From contig CAZLTL010000001.1 of the NCBI GenBank assembly GCA_964562525.1, positions 32,950 to 96,949 on the forward strand: a stretch of 64,000 bases of DNA. Direction: 5' to 3'. The notes beneath the pieces were generated by a model. It was not told the origin of the DNA. It worked only from the letters and a program-made list of their open reading frames with translations, and did no database searches. Below are positions 17,281 to 25,887 of the stretch, one piece after another; position 1 is the first letter of the stretch, and each line of letters starts with the position of its first letter. The translations under genes were made by a program, and so were the position numbers. This stretch comes from an uncultured bacterium. Lineage in GTDB: Bacteria; Omnitrophota; Omnitrophia; Omnitrophales; Aquincolibacteriaceae.

Positions 17281-18003
17281 TCAAATACGCAAGCACCGTT
17301 TAGAAAAAGGATGCCAAAAAAAAGCCGGCACTCCGCCTTCAATACTGCCATTTGGACGAACTAAATTGCGAAACAATTCAAAACCGGAAGCATCTTGAAT
17401 AATTGAATTTCGGCTCTCATCGCGAAAAATAAAACAACGATTCGTAGATGTTTCTTTAGATAAAAATTTTTTCATACGCCGCGCCAAAGCTGCGGAATCA
17501 AGTTTATAAAAATCAGTTTTGAGCTTGGACTCCACTCTTCCGAAATCAGCCTCGGTGTGTTTCTCTAATATCCCCCAAAGCGAACCAAACTGGATCAAAC
17601 GCCTTTCGCAAACAGCTTGCTTTGCCGCGTGCCGCGCGAGCAAGCCCGCAAACTCGCTCCAAGTCCGTGGCGCATCTCCTACAAAAAACTGCAGAACTTC
17701 AAACGAGTAATACCCACGCACAACTTCTGACAATTGACGCATCGCACCGGCATAAAAATCTTGAAACGCGCGAAAAATAATTTTCTCATCATCCGTAATC
17801 AAAGAAAAAACACTCAAATTTACCGGCGCGCCGTCAGCGCTCTGCGCCTGATAAAGCACAGCGTCCCCATCGCGCCCCAGCCAACAAAGCGATCCGGGAA
17901 CCAAATTGAGTTCAGGTGGAATAAAAAAAGACTGCTGCTCAAAGAGAGTGAGCGGCTCAATAGGCTTAAGAGCCGGTGATTCATTTTGATCCGGCATATT
18001 CAA
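17281..18003 (-). CDS. Hypothetical protein (240 aa), last gene of a four-gene operon.
   Basis: ORF overlaps the upstream gene by 4 nt. Confidence 0.5.
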   Translation of the reverse strand: MNMPDQNESPALKPIEPLTLFEQQSFFIPPELNLVPGSLCWLGRDGDAVLYQAQSADGAPVNLSVFSLITDDEKIIFRAFQDFYAGAMRQLSEVVRGYYSFEVLQFFVGDAPRTWSEFAGLLARHAAKQAVCERRLIQFGSLWGILEKHTEADFGRVESKLKTDFYKLDSAALARRMKKFLSKETSTNRCFIFRDESRNSIIQDASGFELFRNLVRPNGSIEGGVPAFFWHPFSKRCLRI

Positions 18004-19118
18004 GGCAAAACGACTTGGCGGCTCGGTAATGCTGCCGTTTTTTTTGCCGCCGCCGCCTTAACGGCCTTCTTCTTGCGGATAACTCGAGGATCTTTAAAAA
18101 TCATTTTTTCAACTTGATCTTCGGTCATTTTTTTCTCGGCATAATCAATCCCCAGCGCATTATGGTGGCGGTCTTTCTCGCTTTCCTGCGCGGTATTACC
18201 CGTATCGCCAATTTCGTGCGCGTCGGTCGTTCGACGCGCAAACTCAGCGCCATAGGCTTTTGTAAGCCAATAACTCCAAAAAATATGCCGGATGACGTCA
18301 TACAAAATTTCAGGGTCACGCTTTTGAAGCTTCACGGCGCGCATCTCCGCCTCGCGGCGAAAATGAAGCAGCTTCGGCATTCTTATTAAATTTTGAGAAG
18401 CCAACATCAGATCTGATTCCGTAAATTTAGGCTCAATCATTTCAGCGATAATTCTTAAGTCTTCCGGGTTACCTTCTAAATGAACTTCTCCTTTTTCATT
18501 TTGAACCGAGTGGAACCGGACAGAAATAGGCCAATCGTCGACTAAAAAAACAGCCTTTCCGCTCATGGACAAATTTTTAATCGGCTTATCCTGAAAGATC
18601 CAGTCTTTATAAACACGCGCGCGTTTCAAAACTTGCGCCTTCCAAGAACGAGGATTGCCGTTCAAAAGCAGCCGGGTTTGAAAATCCATTTTAGAGACGG
18701 ATTCAACGCGCTCTTGATCATCACGATCTTCATGCAAAAGCCGCCCACCGCGCGCATTCAATCCGGAAATTTGAACTTGCACCTCGATCCCCTTAAGACT
18801 GATTTGCTTCAAACCTAAGTGAACTTGACTGACAGTTAATTCAAATTCACGCGGATCGAGATAAGGATGTTCAAAGCGGCTAACACCGCGGGCGCGGATA
18901 TTCTTCAGCGCTATGCCCGTTCTTGATAATTTAAACTTTCCATAATCAAAGAAGTTAATTTCAAAACTAGTCCCTTCTGTTTTCTTGACCCACGCTTGCA
19001 ATTGATGATCAAGCCGCGGCTTCAAAATAAGCGCCGCCGTAACAAGCGTCACCACAAAGAGGATGGCTGCGATAATTAAAAGCTGAAAAAATTTGATCAT
19101 ATTGAAGATAGCAATCAA
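18000..19118 (-). CDS. Membrane-anchored protein of unknown function; tandem paralog of the gene at 19122-20276.
   Basis: N-terminal TM helix. The C-terminus has a shared invariant block FWSYWLT..YG.EFARRTTDAHEIGDTGNTAQESEKDRHHNALGIDYA. Confidence 0.65.
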   Translation of the reverse strand: MIAIFNMIKFFQLLIIAAILFVVTLVTAALILKPRLDHQLQAWVKKTEGTSFEINFFDYGKFKLSRTGIALKNIRARGVSRFEHPYLDPREFELTVSQVHLGLKQISLKGIEVQVQISGLNARGGRLLHEDRDDQERVESVSKMDFQTRLLLNGNPRSWKAQVLKRARVYKDWIFQDKPIKNLSMSGKAVFLVDDWPISVRFHSVQNEKGEVHLEGNPEDLRIIAEMIEPKFTESDLMLASQNLIRMPKLLHFRREAEMRAVKLQKRDPEILYDVIRHIFWSYWLTKAYGAEFARRTTDAHEIGDTGNTAQESEKDRHHNALGIDYAEKKMTEDQVEKMIFKDPRVIRKKKAVKAAAAKKTAALPSRQVVLP

Positions 19119-19121
19119 CCC

Positions 19122-20276
19122 TTAAGCAATTTGATTTTGCAAGATACGCGGGTCGGTTAAAATAATTTTCGCGACATCTTGCTCGGAAAGTTTTCGCTGG
19201 GCATATTCAATTCCAAGCGCGTTATTGCGGCGGTCTTTTTCACTTTCCCGCGCGGTATTGGACGCATCCCCGATTTCATGAGCATCCGTCACTCTGCGCG
19301 CAAAATCCGTCCCAAAGGTCTGCGTCAAATAATAACTCCAAAAAACATGTCTGAAAGTGTCATAACTAATTTCCGAACCAAACTGATAGAGCGCTTCCGC
19401 TTTCGCTTCCGCGAGGGTCCGAACATGCAGCAACCGCGGCGTTTTTAAGAAATTCTTGGAAGCAATCCGCACGTCTTCCTCGGTAAATTTAGGTTCAATG
19501 GCGTGGGCGATTTTACGCAAGTCATTTATATCGCCTTCAAGATAAGTCGCCCGATTACGCTCCTTACTCGACGCAAAGTAAACCCGGGTCGTCACGCCAT
19601 CCGTGGCAAATGTCGCGTTCCCGCTCATGTGCACATCCGTCATATGTGCTCCGTTAAAAACCCAACTCTTAAATTGACGCACCCAAACGATAGCCTGCTT
19701 CTTCCATTTCCAAGGTGCCCTGCCAATCGGAATCCAAGCTTGAAAATTCAGTTCTGAAAGGGAATCTAATCTGCGAGGGCTATCCTCCGCTCCGGGGAGA
19801 ACAGCCCCTCCCTGCACATCCAAGCCATGAATATGAAGACCCACGCCCAAGCCCTCACGGAAGTTGCTCTTGAAATAAATCTGTAAAATCGGGATATCCA
19901 TTTCAAATTGGCGGGGCTGAAAATAGGGGTAATCATATCTTATGATCCCGCGCGCGCGCACCTGCTTAAAAACAATTCCTTGGTGGGAAAAACGAAAACC
20001 CCCATATTCAAAAAAGTTAACTTCGAAGTTTCGCCCCTTGGATCGATCCACCCAGCTTTCAATCTTCTGTTTCACGAAAGGTTCAATACCGGAAAAAACA
20101 AAAAAAAGAATACTCGCAACAACAAAAACAAAGCCTAAGCCCGCTCCGATGAAATAAATCTTTTTGCTTAACTTAAAGTCCGGCTTTAATTTAGATTTTT
20201 TATAATGCTTCAGCTCAAACTCATCGTCTTTGCGGGTTTTTCTGTCGATCTCATTCTTTAACTGCGAGTACTTCAC
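19122..20276 (-). CDS. Membrane-anchored protein of unknown function; tandem paralog of the gene at 18000-19118.
   Basis: Same architecture. C-terminal block FWSYYLTQTFGTDFARRVTDAHEIGDASNTARESEKDRRNNALGIEYA. Confidence 0.65.
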   Translation of the reverse strand: MKYSQLKNEIDRKTRKDDEFELKHYKKSKLKPDFKLSKKIYFIGAGLGFVFVVASILFFVFSGIEPFVKQKIESWVDRSKGRNFEVNFFEYGGFRFSHQGIVFKQVRARGIIRYDYPYFQPRQFEMDIPILQIYFKSNFREGLGVGLHIHGLDVQGGAVLPGAEDSPRRLDSLSELNFQAWIPIGRAPWKWKKQAIVWVRQFKSWVFNGAHMTDVHMSGNATFATDGVTTRVYFASSKERNRATYLEGDINDLRKIAHAIEPKFTEEDVRIASKNFLKTPRLLHVRTLAEAKAEALYQFGSEISYDTFRHVFWSYYLTQTFGTDFARRVTDAHEIGDASNTARESEKDRRNNALGIEYAQRKLSEQDVAKIILTDPRILQNQIA

Positions 20277-20326
20277 GCTTAGGCTTCCACAATTATTTTC
20301 ATGTCAAAAAATCCGAATGAACATTT

Positions 20327-20935
20327 TTAGTCATTAAGCTGATCTTCCAATTTAACGGTCAATTCAAAGATTTGCTCAAGCAGATAATTCGGAATCAATT
20401 TGCTGTCGGAACACTCTTTGCGAACCGCGCTGAGGGCTGAAATCGCCCGGCGCAAAACACCATTCCGTTTGGTTTTCTTAAACTCCGTGCTTTCCGTATC
20501 TTGAGTTTCCTCAACGATTTTTTTTACTTTTGCGCGAATTTCTTCCTGTCCTACGCCTCGCTCTAAAACCGATTCCTTCATTTCAGCGAAATCTTCGGCT
20601 GGAATATTCTTATTATTTTTGGCAAGCCGCAAAGTGTTCAGCGCCTCCAAATCCGGAACAGGACGCGCGGTTTCTTTTTCAAAAAACTCGGGCTTGGTTA
20701 GCTTCGGCTCTTCGGTTTCAAGGAAAGCAAAAGATTTGATAATTTTAGAAGCCATCGCTTCTTTCATGCCCAATTCTTTTTTGCAGTAAGTTTCAAAAGC
20801 CAAAAAACCCCAGCTCTTATACATTTTATCTTTATAGATAGTCTGCAAATAACGCCCTAATTCGATCCAAGAAGCTTTATAGCTTTTGGCCGTTTGAAGC
20901 GTTTTGCCGCGGATTTCTTCTTCAATGACTGACAT
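20327..20935 (-). CDS. Hypothetical cytoplasmic protein (202 aa), possibly DNA-binding; first gene of the operon.
   Basis: The KSWGFLAFETYCKKELGMKEAMASKIIKSF segment resembles HTH-like segments of plasmid/phage DNA-binding proteins. This is a weak call. Confidence 0.5.
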   Translation of the reverse strand: MSVIEEEIRGKTLQTAKSYKASWIELGRYLQTIYKDKMYKSWGFLAFETYCKKELGMKEAMASKIIKSFAFLETEEPKLTKPEFFEKETARPVPDLEALNTLRLAKNNKNIPAEDFAEMKESVLERGVGQEEIRAKVKKIVEETQDTESTEFKKTKRNGVLRRAISALSAVRKECSDSKLIPNYLLEQIFELTVKLEDQLND

Positions 20936-20970
20936 GGTTATCTCCTCTAAATTACTTAATACTTAAAACT

Positions 20971-21345
20971 TCATTTTGCTTTTAAATCACCCACCGGAAA
21001 CTGCTCTGTATCCCATGAACAGATGCGCGGAATTCCGGAAGCCATCGTATATTCCAAAAAATAAACTGAAAGCCATTCTTTTCCCGACTTTTTATCACTT
21101 AGAATAAATAGCCCCGGAGCCAATTCAGATTTTTTTTCAAACTCTTTATCGGGGCCTACGTGTTCATGACGAATCGCAATGCTGCCGCCCAGCTTGGTGC
21201 ATGAACTGGATGCCACATAGAAAGAATTCGCCGTCTGATAAAACCCATAAGCAGGGTGGTCTTCCCGAAGCGGAACCTTAACGGAAACAGGCCCGCATCC
21301 CACTAAAGTCAAAATCAAACATAGCCATAGCACTGCTTTTTTCAT
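20971..21345 (-). CDS. Small lipoprotein (124 aa).
   Basis: Lipobox LTLVGCG after a signal peptide. Confidence 0.55.
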   Translation of the reverse strand: MKKAVLWLCLILTLVGCGPVSVKVPLREDHPAYGFYQTANSFYVASSSCTKLGGSIAIRHEHVGPDKEFEKKSELAPGLFILSDKKSGKEWLSVYFLEYTMASGIPRICSWDTEQFPVGDLKAK

Positions 21346-21364
21346 AAAATTGGTTCGGCATTAT

Positions 21365-21403
21365 AGACAGACTGAAGACTGTTGACTACAGACAATAGAC
21401 AAC
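21365..21403. promoter_or_regulatory. Array of five consecutive 7-bp repeats (AGACTGA AGACTGT TGACTAC AGACAAT AGACAAC) in the divergent intergenic region.
   Basis: Seen directly. Extra AGAC half-sites occur at 21365 and 21414. The array sits between the lipoprotein start (minus strand) and the osmC-like start (plus strand). Confidence 0.4.
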
Positions 21404-21440
21404 CCTCGGCTTCAGACGCATAAATTTAAGGAGCATTCCC

Positions 21441-21848
21441 ATGGTTGAAATTGATATTGAGTTTACCGGTAATTTGAGCACAAAACTGACTCACGGGCCT
21501 TCGGGTACTGTTTTGACCACCGATGCCCCAAAAGACAATCAAGGCGAAGGTAAATCCTTTTCTCCGACCGACTTAACCGCCAGCTCGCTGATTGCCTGCA
21601 TGTTGACCATTATGGCGATTTATGCCAAGCGCACGGGGATTGATTTGATGGGTGTAAAAGGCAAAGTGGCTAAGGAAATGACCTCCGCTCCGCCGCGCCG
21701 GATCGCAAAGTTAAGCGTAAACTTTGAAATGCCCAAGCGGCTTTCAGAGGCGGAAAGAAAAGCTCTTGAAACTGCGGCTCTCACCTGCCCTGTGCACAAA
21801 AGCCTGCATCCGGAAATCGATGTTCCGGTTAAGTTCAACTATGTGTGA
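21441..21848 (+). CDS. OsmC/Ohr family peroxiredoxin-like protein.
   Basis: 135 aa with an OsmC-like fold signature and the conserved Cys pair context (SLIACML...LTCPV). Shine-Dalgarno AAGGAG upstream. Confidence 0.75.
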   Translation: MVEIDIEFTGNLSTKLTHGPSGTVLTTDAPKDNQGEGKSFSPTDLTASSLIACMLTIMAIYAKRTGIDLMGVKGKVAKEMTSAPPRRIAKLSVNFEMPKRLSEAERKALETAALTCPVHKSLHPEIDVPVKFNYV

Positions 21849-22561
21849 GAAACAGTTTTCGGTTTGCGTAATTTGAGATTAAGCATTTCAACCATAACCG
21901 AGAAAGCCATCGCGAAATAGATATAACCTTTCGGAATATGATGGTGCAAACCTTCTGCCACCAACGAAACGCCGATTAAGATCAAAAAGCTGAGCGCCAG
22001 CATTTTGATCGTGGGATGACGCTCCACAAATTCACTGATTGCTTTTGAAAAGAAAAGCATAAACACAACCGCGATCATCACCGCAATAATCATCACCGGA
22101 ATATGGTCTGCCATCCCGATCGCGGTAATCACGGAATCAAGCGAGAAAACAATATCAAGCACCGCGATCTGCAAAATGACCGACACAAACTGAGATGAAG
22201 CTTTCGCTTTAATTTCTTCAGCTTCATGCGTTTCAAGTGTGTCATGAATTTCATGCGTGCTTTTCCCAAGAAGAAACAGGCCTCCCAACAAAAGCACCAA
22301 GTCGCGCCCCGTCACATCATGATTTAGCACATTAAAAAGCGGCTGCGTAAGCTTCATCACCCAAACAATCGAGCATAAAAGCCCGATACGCGTCACCATC
22401 GCGAGAGCAAGACCCCAAACCCGGGCTTTTTGCCTTTCTTCAGGGGGAAGCTTCCCCGCCATGATTGAGATAAAAATAATGTTATCAATGCCCAAAACAA
22501 TTTCGAGTACCGTCAAGGTGACCAGTGCGATTAAATTTTCAACGCTCAGCAATTCCAGCAT
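21839..22561 (-). CDS. TerC-family integral membrane protein.
   Basis: The LEIVLGIDNIIFISIMAGKLP segment is the TerC hallmark. Multiple TM segments. Confidence 0.8.
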   Translation of the reverse strand: MLELLSVENLIALVTLTVLEIVLGIDNIIFISIMAGKLPPEERQKARVWGLALAMVTRIGLLCSIVWVMKLTQPLFNVLNHDVTGRDLVLLLGGLFLLGKSTHEIHDTLETHEAEEIKAKASSQFVSVILQIAVLDIVFSLDSVITAIGMADHIPVMIIAVMIAVVFMLFFSKAISEFVERHPTIKMLALSFLILIGVSLVAEGLHHHIPKGYIYFAMAFSVMVEMLNLKLRKPKTVSHT

Positions 22562-24367
22562 TTATTTCCCCTCTAGCTTGCTTTGTAACTTTTCCAACTC
22601 ACCGCTCAGCTTGATCCATTCTTCTTCGGATTCTTTAATCTGCGATTCTAAAGCTTTGATCTTGTTCATTTTTTCCTGCGAAAAATTGAACGAGTCTTCT
22701 TCCAACTTCTTCTTATCTTTCTGCAGCCTTTCAATCCGGCTTTCCGCCTTATTCGCCTGAATTTTGGTCGAAGTCATTTTCTTGCGAATCTCCTGCTTTT
22801 TATCATCTTCGGCATTCTGCACAGGCTCGATTTTCTTTTCGACCGGAGCTTCCTGCGGAGCGGACGAGAACGAAGCATCGCCGTCATGTTTGGTTTCAAG
22901 CGAATAAACATAATCTTCGTAAGTGCCGGGATATTTTTTTACCGCGCCGTCTTTGACTTCAATAATTTGATCCGCGATCATATTCACGAAAGTGCGGTCA
23001 TGCGAAATAAAGAAAATGGTGCCGTTAAACTTTTTGAGCGCGCGCCCCAAAGCTTCAACGGTTTCAAAGTCTAAATGGTTAGTCGGTTCGTCCAAAAGCA
23101 AAACGTCATTTTTATCCAAAAGTAATCCGGCCAAAATCACTCGGGCACGCTCGCCCCCTGAAAGAAGCGGGATTTTTTTCTGAACATCATCGCCTTTAAA
23201 AAGAAAGCAACCCGCCAAATCTAAAATATCCTGCATCGAAACGCCTTGAGCGGCATGGCGCGATAAATGCGAAATCACGGTATCTTCCTTGTGCAAGGTT
23301 TGAAAAACATGCTGCGCGTAACAAGCCACTTTCAGCTGATAACCCCATTTAAAAGCGCCGGCCTTAGGCGGTAAATCCGCTGTGATCGTTCTTAAAAAAG
23401 TCGTCTTTCCCTGACCGTTGTCTCCCAAAATCGCCACTTTTGAGCCACGCTCCACATCAAAATTAATTTTGGAAGCAATCAATTTATCCGGATAACCGAT
23501 TGAAAGATCTTGGCAATCCAGCGCCACCCCGCCTTTAAGCTCAACCTGCGGAATACGAATATTCATCGCGCCGGCCATTTGCGCAACCTCAATCGTGCTC
23601 AACTTATTTAATGCCTTGAGCCTGGACTGCGCTCGAGCAGCGGTCGATGCCTTCGCTTTAAAACGATCCACGAAAGCCTGCATCTCGGCTTTTTTCTTTT
23701 CAATGCCTTTGTTATAAGCCTCAACTTGGCGGATATTTTCTGATTTAAATTGAAAATACTCTTCGACATCTCCCGGATAAAGCGTGGCTTTGCCATAATC
23801 AATTTCTAAAGTGTGGTCACAAGTTTTTTTCAAAAATTCACGATCATGCGAAACAATCAAATAACCGCCGCGGAACTCCTGCAAAAAATGCTCAAGCAAA
23901 ATCAAGGTAGAAAGATCGAGGTAATTGGTCGGTTCATCCAGAATCAAATAGTTGGGATTCTTAAGCAGCATCGATGCCAATTTAACGCGCGTGCGAAACC
24001 CACCTGAAAGCTCGCCAATTGGCATATGAAACTTGTCATAATCAATTTCAAAGCGGTGGCATATTTCACCGCATTCCCATTCTTCGCGCTGGGTATAACG
24101 CACCAAAAACTCTGCGACGGTTTCTTCTACCTTATAAGGATCATGCTGCTCTAAATAAGCCAAGCGCAAATCAGAGTTGCGAATGATTTGGCCCGAATCT
24201 TTTTCTTCAGTGCCCATAATAATTTTACAAAGCGTGGATTTACCGGCGCCATTACGCCCAATCACGCCAATTTTCTGGTCGCTTCCGAAAGAAGCCGTGC
24301 AGTCGTCCAAAAGAACGCGCGCACCGTAAGTCTTCCTCAAATTTTGAACCTGCAACATGACCGGCAT
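22562..24367 (-). CDS. ABC-F family ATPase (two ABC cassettes plus a C-terminal coiled-coil/charged tail).
   Basis: Two Walker A motifs (GRNGAGKST and GDNGQGKTT) and two LSGG signatures. The start is set at the ATG with an AGGTGA Shine-Dalgarno rather than the GTG of the track. Confidence 0.85.
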   Translation of the reverse strand: MPVMLQVQNLRKTYGARVLLDDCTASFGSDQKIGVIGRNGAGKSTLCKIIMGTEEKDSGQIIRNSDLRLAYLEQHDPYKVEETVAEFLVRYTQREEWECGEICHRFEIDYDKFHMPIGELSGGFRTRVKLASMLLKNPNYLILDEPTNYLDLSTLILLEHFLQEFRGGYLIVSHDREFLKKTCDHTLEIDYGKATLYPGDVEEYFQFKSENIRQVEAYNKGIEKKKAEMQAFVDRFKAKASTAARAQSRLKALNKLSTIEVAQMAGAMNIRIPQVELKGGVALDCQDLSIGYPDKLIASKINFDVERGSKVAILGDNGQGKTTFLRTITADLPPKAGAFKWGYQLKVACYAQHVFQTLHKEDTVISHLSRHAAQGVSMQDILDLAGCFLFKGDDVQKKIPLLSGGERARVILAGLLLDKNDVLLLDEPTNHLDFETVEALGRALKKFNGTIFFISHDRTFVNMIADQIIEVKDGAVKKYPGTYEDYVYSLETKHDGDASFSSAPQEAPVEKKIEPVQNAEDDKKQEIRKKMTSTKIQANKAESRIERLQKDKKKLEEDSFNFSQEKMNKIKALESQIKESEEEWIKLSGELEKLQSKLEGK

Positions 24368-24465
24368 TTCTTCACCTTTCACTCTGGGCTAATGCCCAAC
24401 CGCGGAACCTTAAAATTTTATGAAACAAAACTCAATCTCATGCGTCTTACTTAAAAGAGAAAGCG

Positions 24466-24471
24466 TATAAT
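24466..24471 (+). promoter_or_regulatory. TATAAT -10-like box 9 nt upstream of the ydbH-like start codon, with no Shine-Dalgarno; candidate near-leaderless promoter.
   Basis: gcgTATAATagtgaacttATG seen directly. Confidence 0.25.
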
Positions 24472-24480
24472 AGTGAACTT

Positions 24481-25332
24481 ATGAAGATTTTGAAAGTTTT
24501 GCTTTTGGGAGTTCTGGTTGGGTTGCTTTCAGCCGCAGCCGGAGGTGTGTATTTATGGTCAAAAAGAATTCCTCTATTGGAGAAAACCGTTAATCAGGCA
24601 GCCCATGAATTATTCGAAGGGACCTTGCGTCTTAAGAGCGTGGATATCAAGAGCGGCAAATTACTCATTCAAGGGCTTGAAGGCATCATGACCATGGACA
24701 CACGCAAAGTTCCGATTCAAATCGAAAAGCTGGAAACCGAAACACCGCTATGGGAGTCTCTTTTGACCAGTCGCAGTGAAATTCGCTTTCACGGCTTCCG
24801 CCCCCAAAACGCCGAACAAAGCACGCCGCTCTCTGGCATTCTACGCCTTCGCGGAGGAAAGACTCAATCTGTGAGCCTGCGCACCCAGCTCAACCGGGTT
24901 TGGATCGAAGACTATGCTTGGATTGACCCTGCCAGCTTTGACGGCTTACGCGGTTTTGTTTCCGGAAACATCCGCTTAAAAATTGACTCCTCTGAAAAAG
25001 CAATGTTTGAAATTGACCTCAAGTCCGAACCCGAAGGCGGCGAAGTCCCAGCGCGGTTCCTTGAATTCGCTCTACCCTATTTACCCAAAGCACAAAACAC
25101 CAAAGAACTGCGAAACCGAATTCAAAAAGTGGAAGGGGTTAAATTTGTCAACAGCATCATTTCCGCGAAAACAACCGAACCCGGAAAAATTCAGGCCGAA
25201 ATGAAAATGCTTTTCCCCGAAATCAACATCAACCTTAACCTGAATCTGACGATACTGGTGGATGAAGAACACGCATTTTTGCGCGCCTTCAAACTATTCG
25301 GCCTATTTAAAATTCAAGCAGGTGCTAAATGA
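24481..25332 (+). CDS. Membrane-anchored protein, possibly a short YdbH-like (DctA-YdbH domain) protein.
   Basis: N-terminal TM helix. Sits immediately upstream of ynbE-like and ydbL-like genes, mirroring the E. coli ydbH-ynbE-ydbL arrangement. The call rests mainly on this context. Confidence 0.4.
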   Translation: MKILKVLLLGVLVGLLSAAAGGVYLWSKRIPLLEKTVNQAAHELFEGTLRLKSVDIKSGKLLIQGLEGIMTMDTRKVPIQIEKLETETPLWESLLTSRSEIRFHGFRPQNAEQSTPLSGILRLRGGKTQSVSLRTQLNRVWIEDYAWIDPASFDGLRGFVSGNIRLKIDSSEKAMFEIDLKSEPEGGEVPARFLEFALPYLPKAQNTKELRNRIQKVEGVKFVNSIISAKTTEPGKIQAEMKMLFPEININLNLNLTILVDEEHAFLRAFKLFGLFKIQAGAK

Positions 25333-25508
25333 AAAAGCTGTTCTTATTATTCGGGGTAATGCTCGCGCTAAGCGGGTGCACCATCAAAGCTGTCGGTGAT
25401 CCAAACCGGCCGATTACGATTAACGCCAATGTCGTCGTGGATATCCGCGGACTCAAACAAACCGCCAACAACATCGAAGATATGGTTGCCCAAGGAGGCC
25501 AAAAATGA
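25329..25508 (+). CDS. YnbE-like small lipoprotein (59 aa). Not in the ORF track.
   Basis: Hand translation gives MKKLFLLFGVMLALSGCTIKAVGDPNRPITINANVVVDIRGLKQTANNIEDMVAQGGQK. Lipobox LSGC and a PItIN motif. ATGA overlaps with both neighbours. Confidence 0.55.
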   Translation: MKKLFLLFGVMLALSGCTIKAVGDPNRPITINANVVVDIRGLKQTANNIEDMVAQGGQK

Positions 25509-25843
25509 AAAAGATATTGTCATTCATCGCTATCGCTTCGCTTGTTTCTCAAATCGGTTTCGCCGCGAATTATGACATTCGCGAAATGACGCCTGAAGTT
25601 AAAAACGCACTCTCAGGAAGACAAGCGCGCTATGCGGAACTTCAGAGCGCGAAACGCGCGGGAGCAATACAGGAAAACAATGAAGGCTTGGTGAGCGGAA
25701 ACTCTCCGCTTGTGAATCCAGAAAACCGCGACCGTCTTGTTATCTACCGTGCCATCGCCGATCAAAATGGTTTAGGCGCGGGTGGGCTAGATCAAATTAA
25801 ACGCGCTTTTGCTGAAACGATCCGCGAACGCGAGAACCGCTAA
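25505..25843 (+). CDS. YdbL-like (DUF1318) periplasmic protein.
   Basis: Signal peptide, 112 aa. Has the ...RAGAIQENNEGLV...NRDRLVIYRAIA motif pattern of DUF1318. Third gene of the trio. Confidence 0.5.
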   Translation: MKKILSFIAIASLVSQIGFAANYDIREMTPEVKNALSGRQARYAELQSAKRAGAIQENNEGLVSGNSPLVNPENRDRLVIYRAIADQNGLGAGGLDQIKRAFAETIRERENR

Positions 25844-25887
25844 TTTAAAACCTTCCTAATTCCGGAAGTTAGGAAGATAGGGGCATT

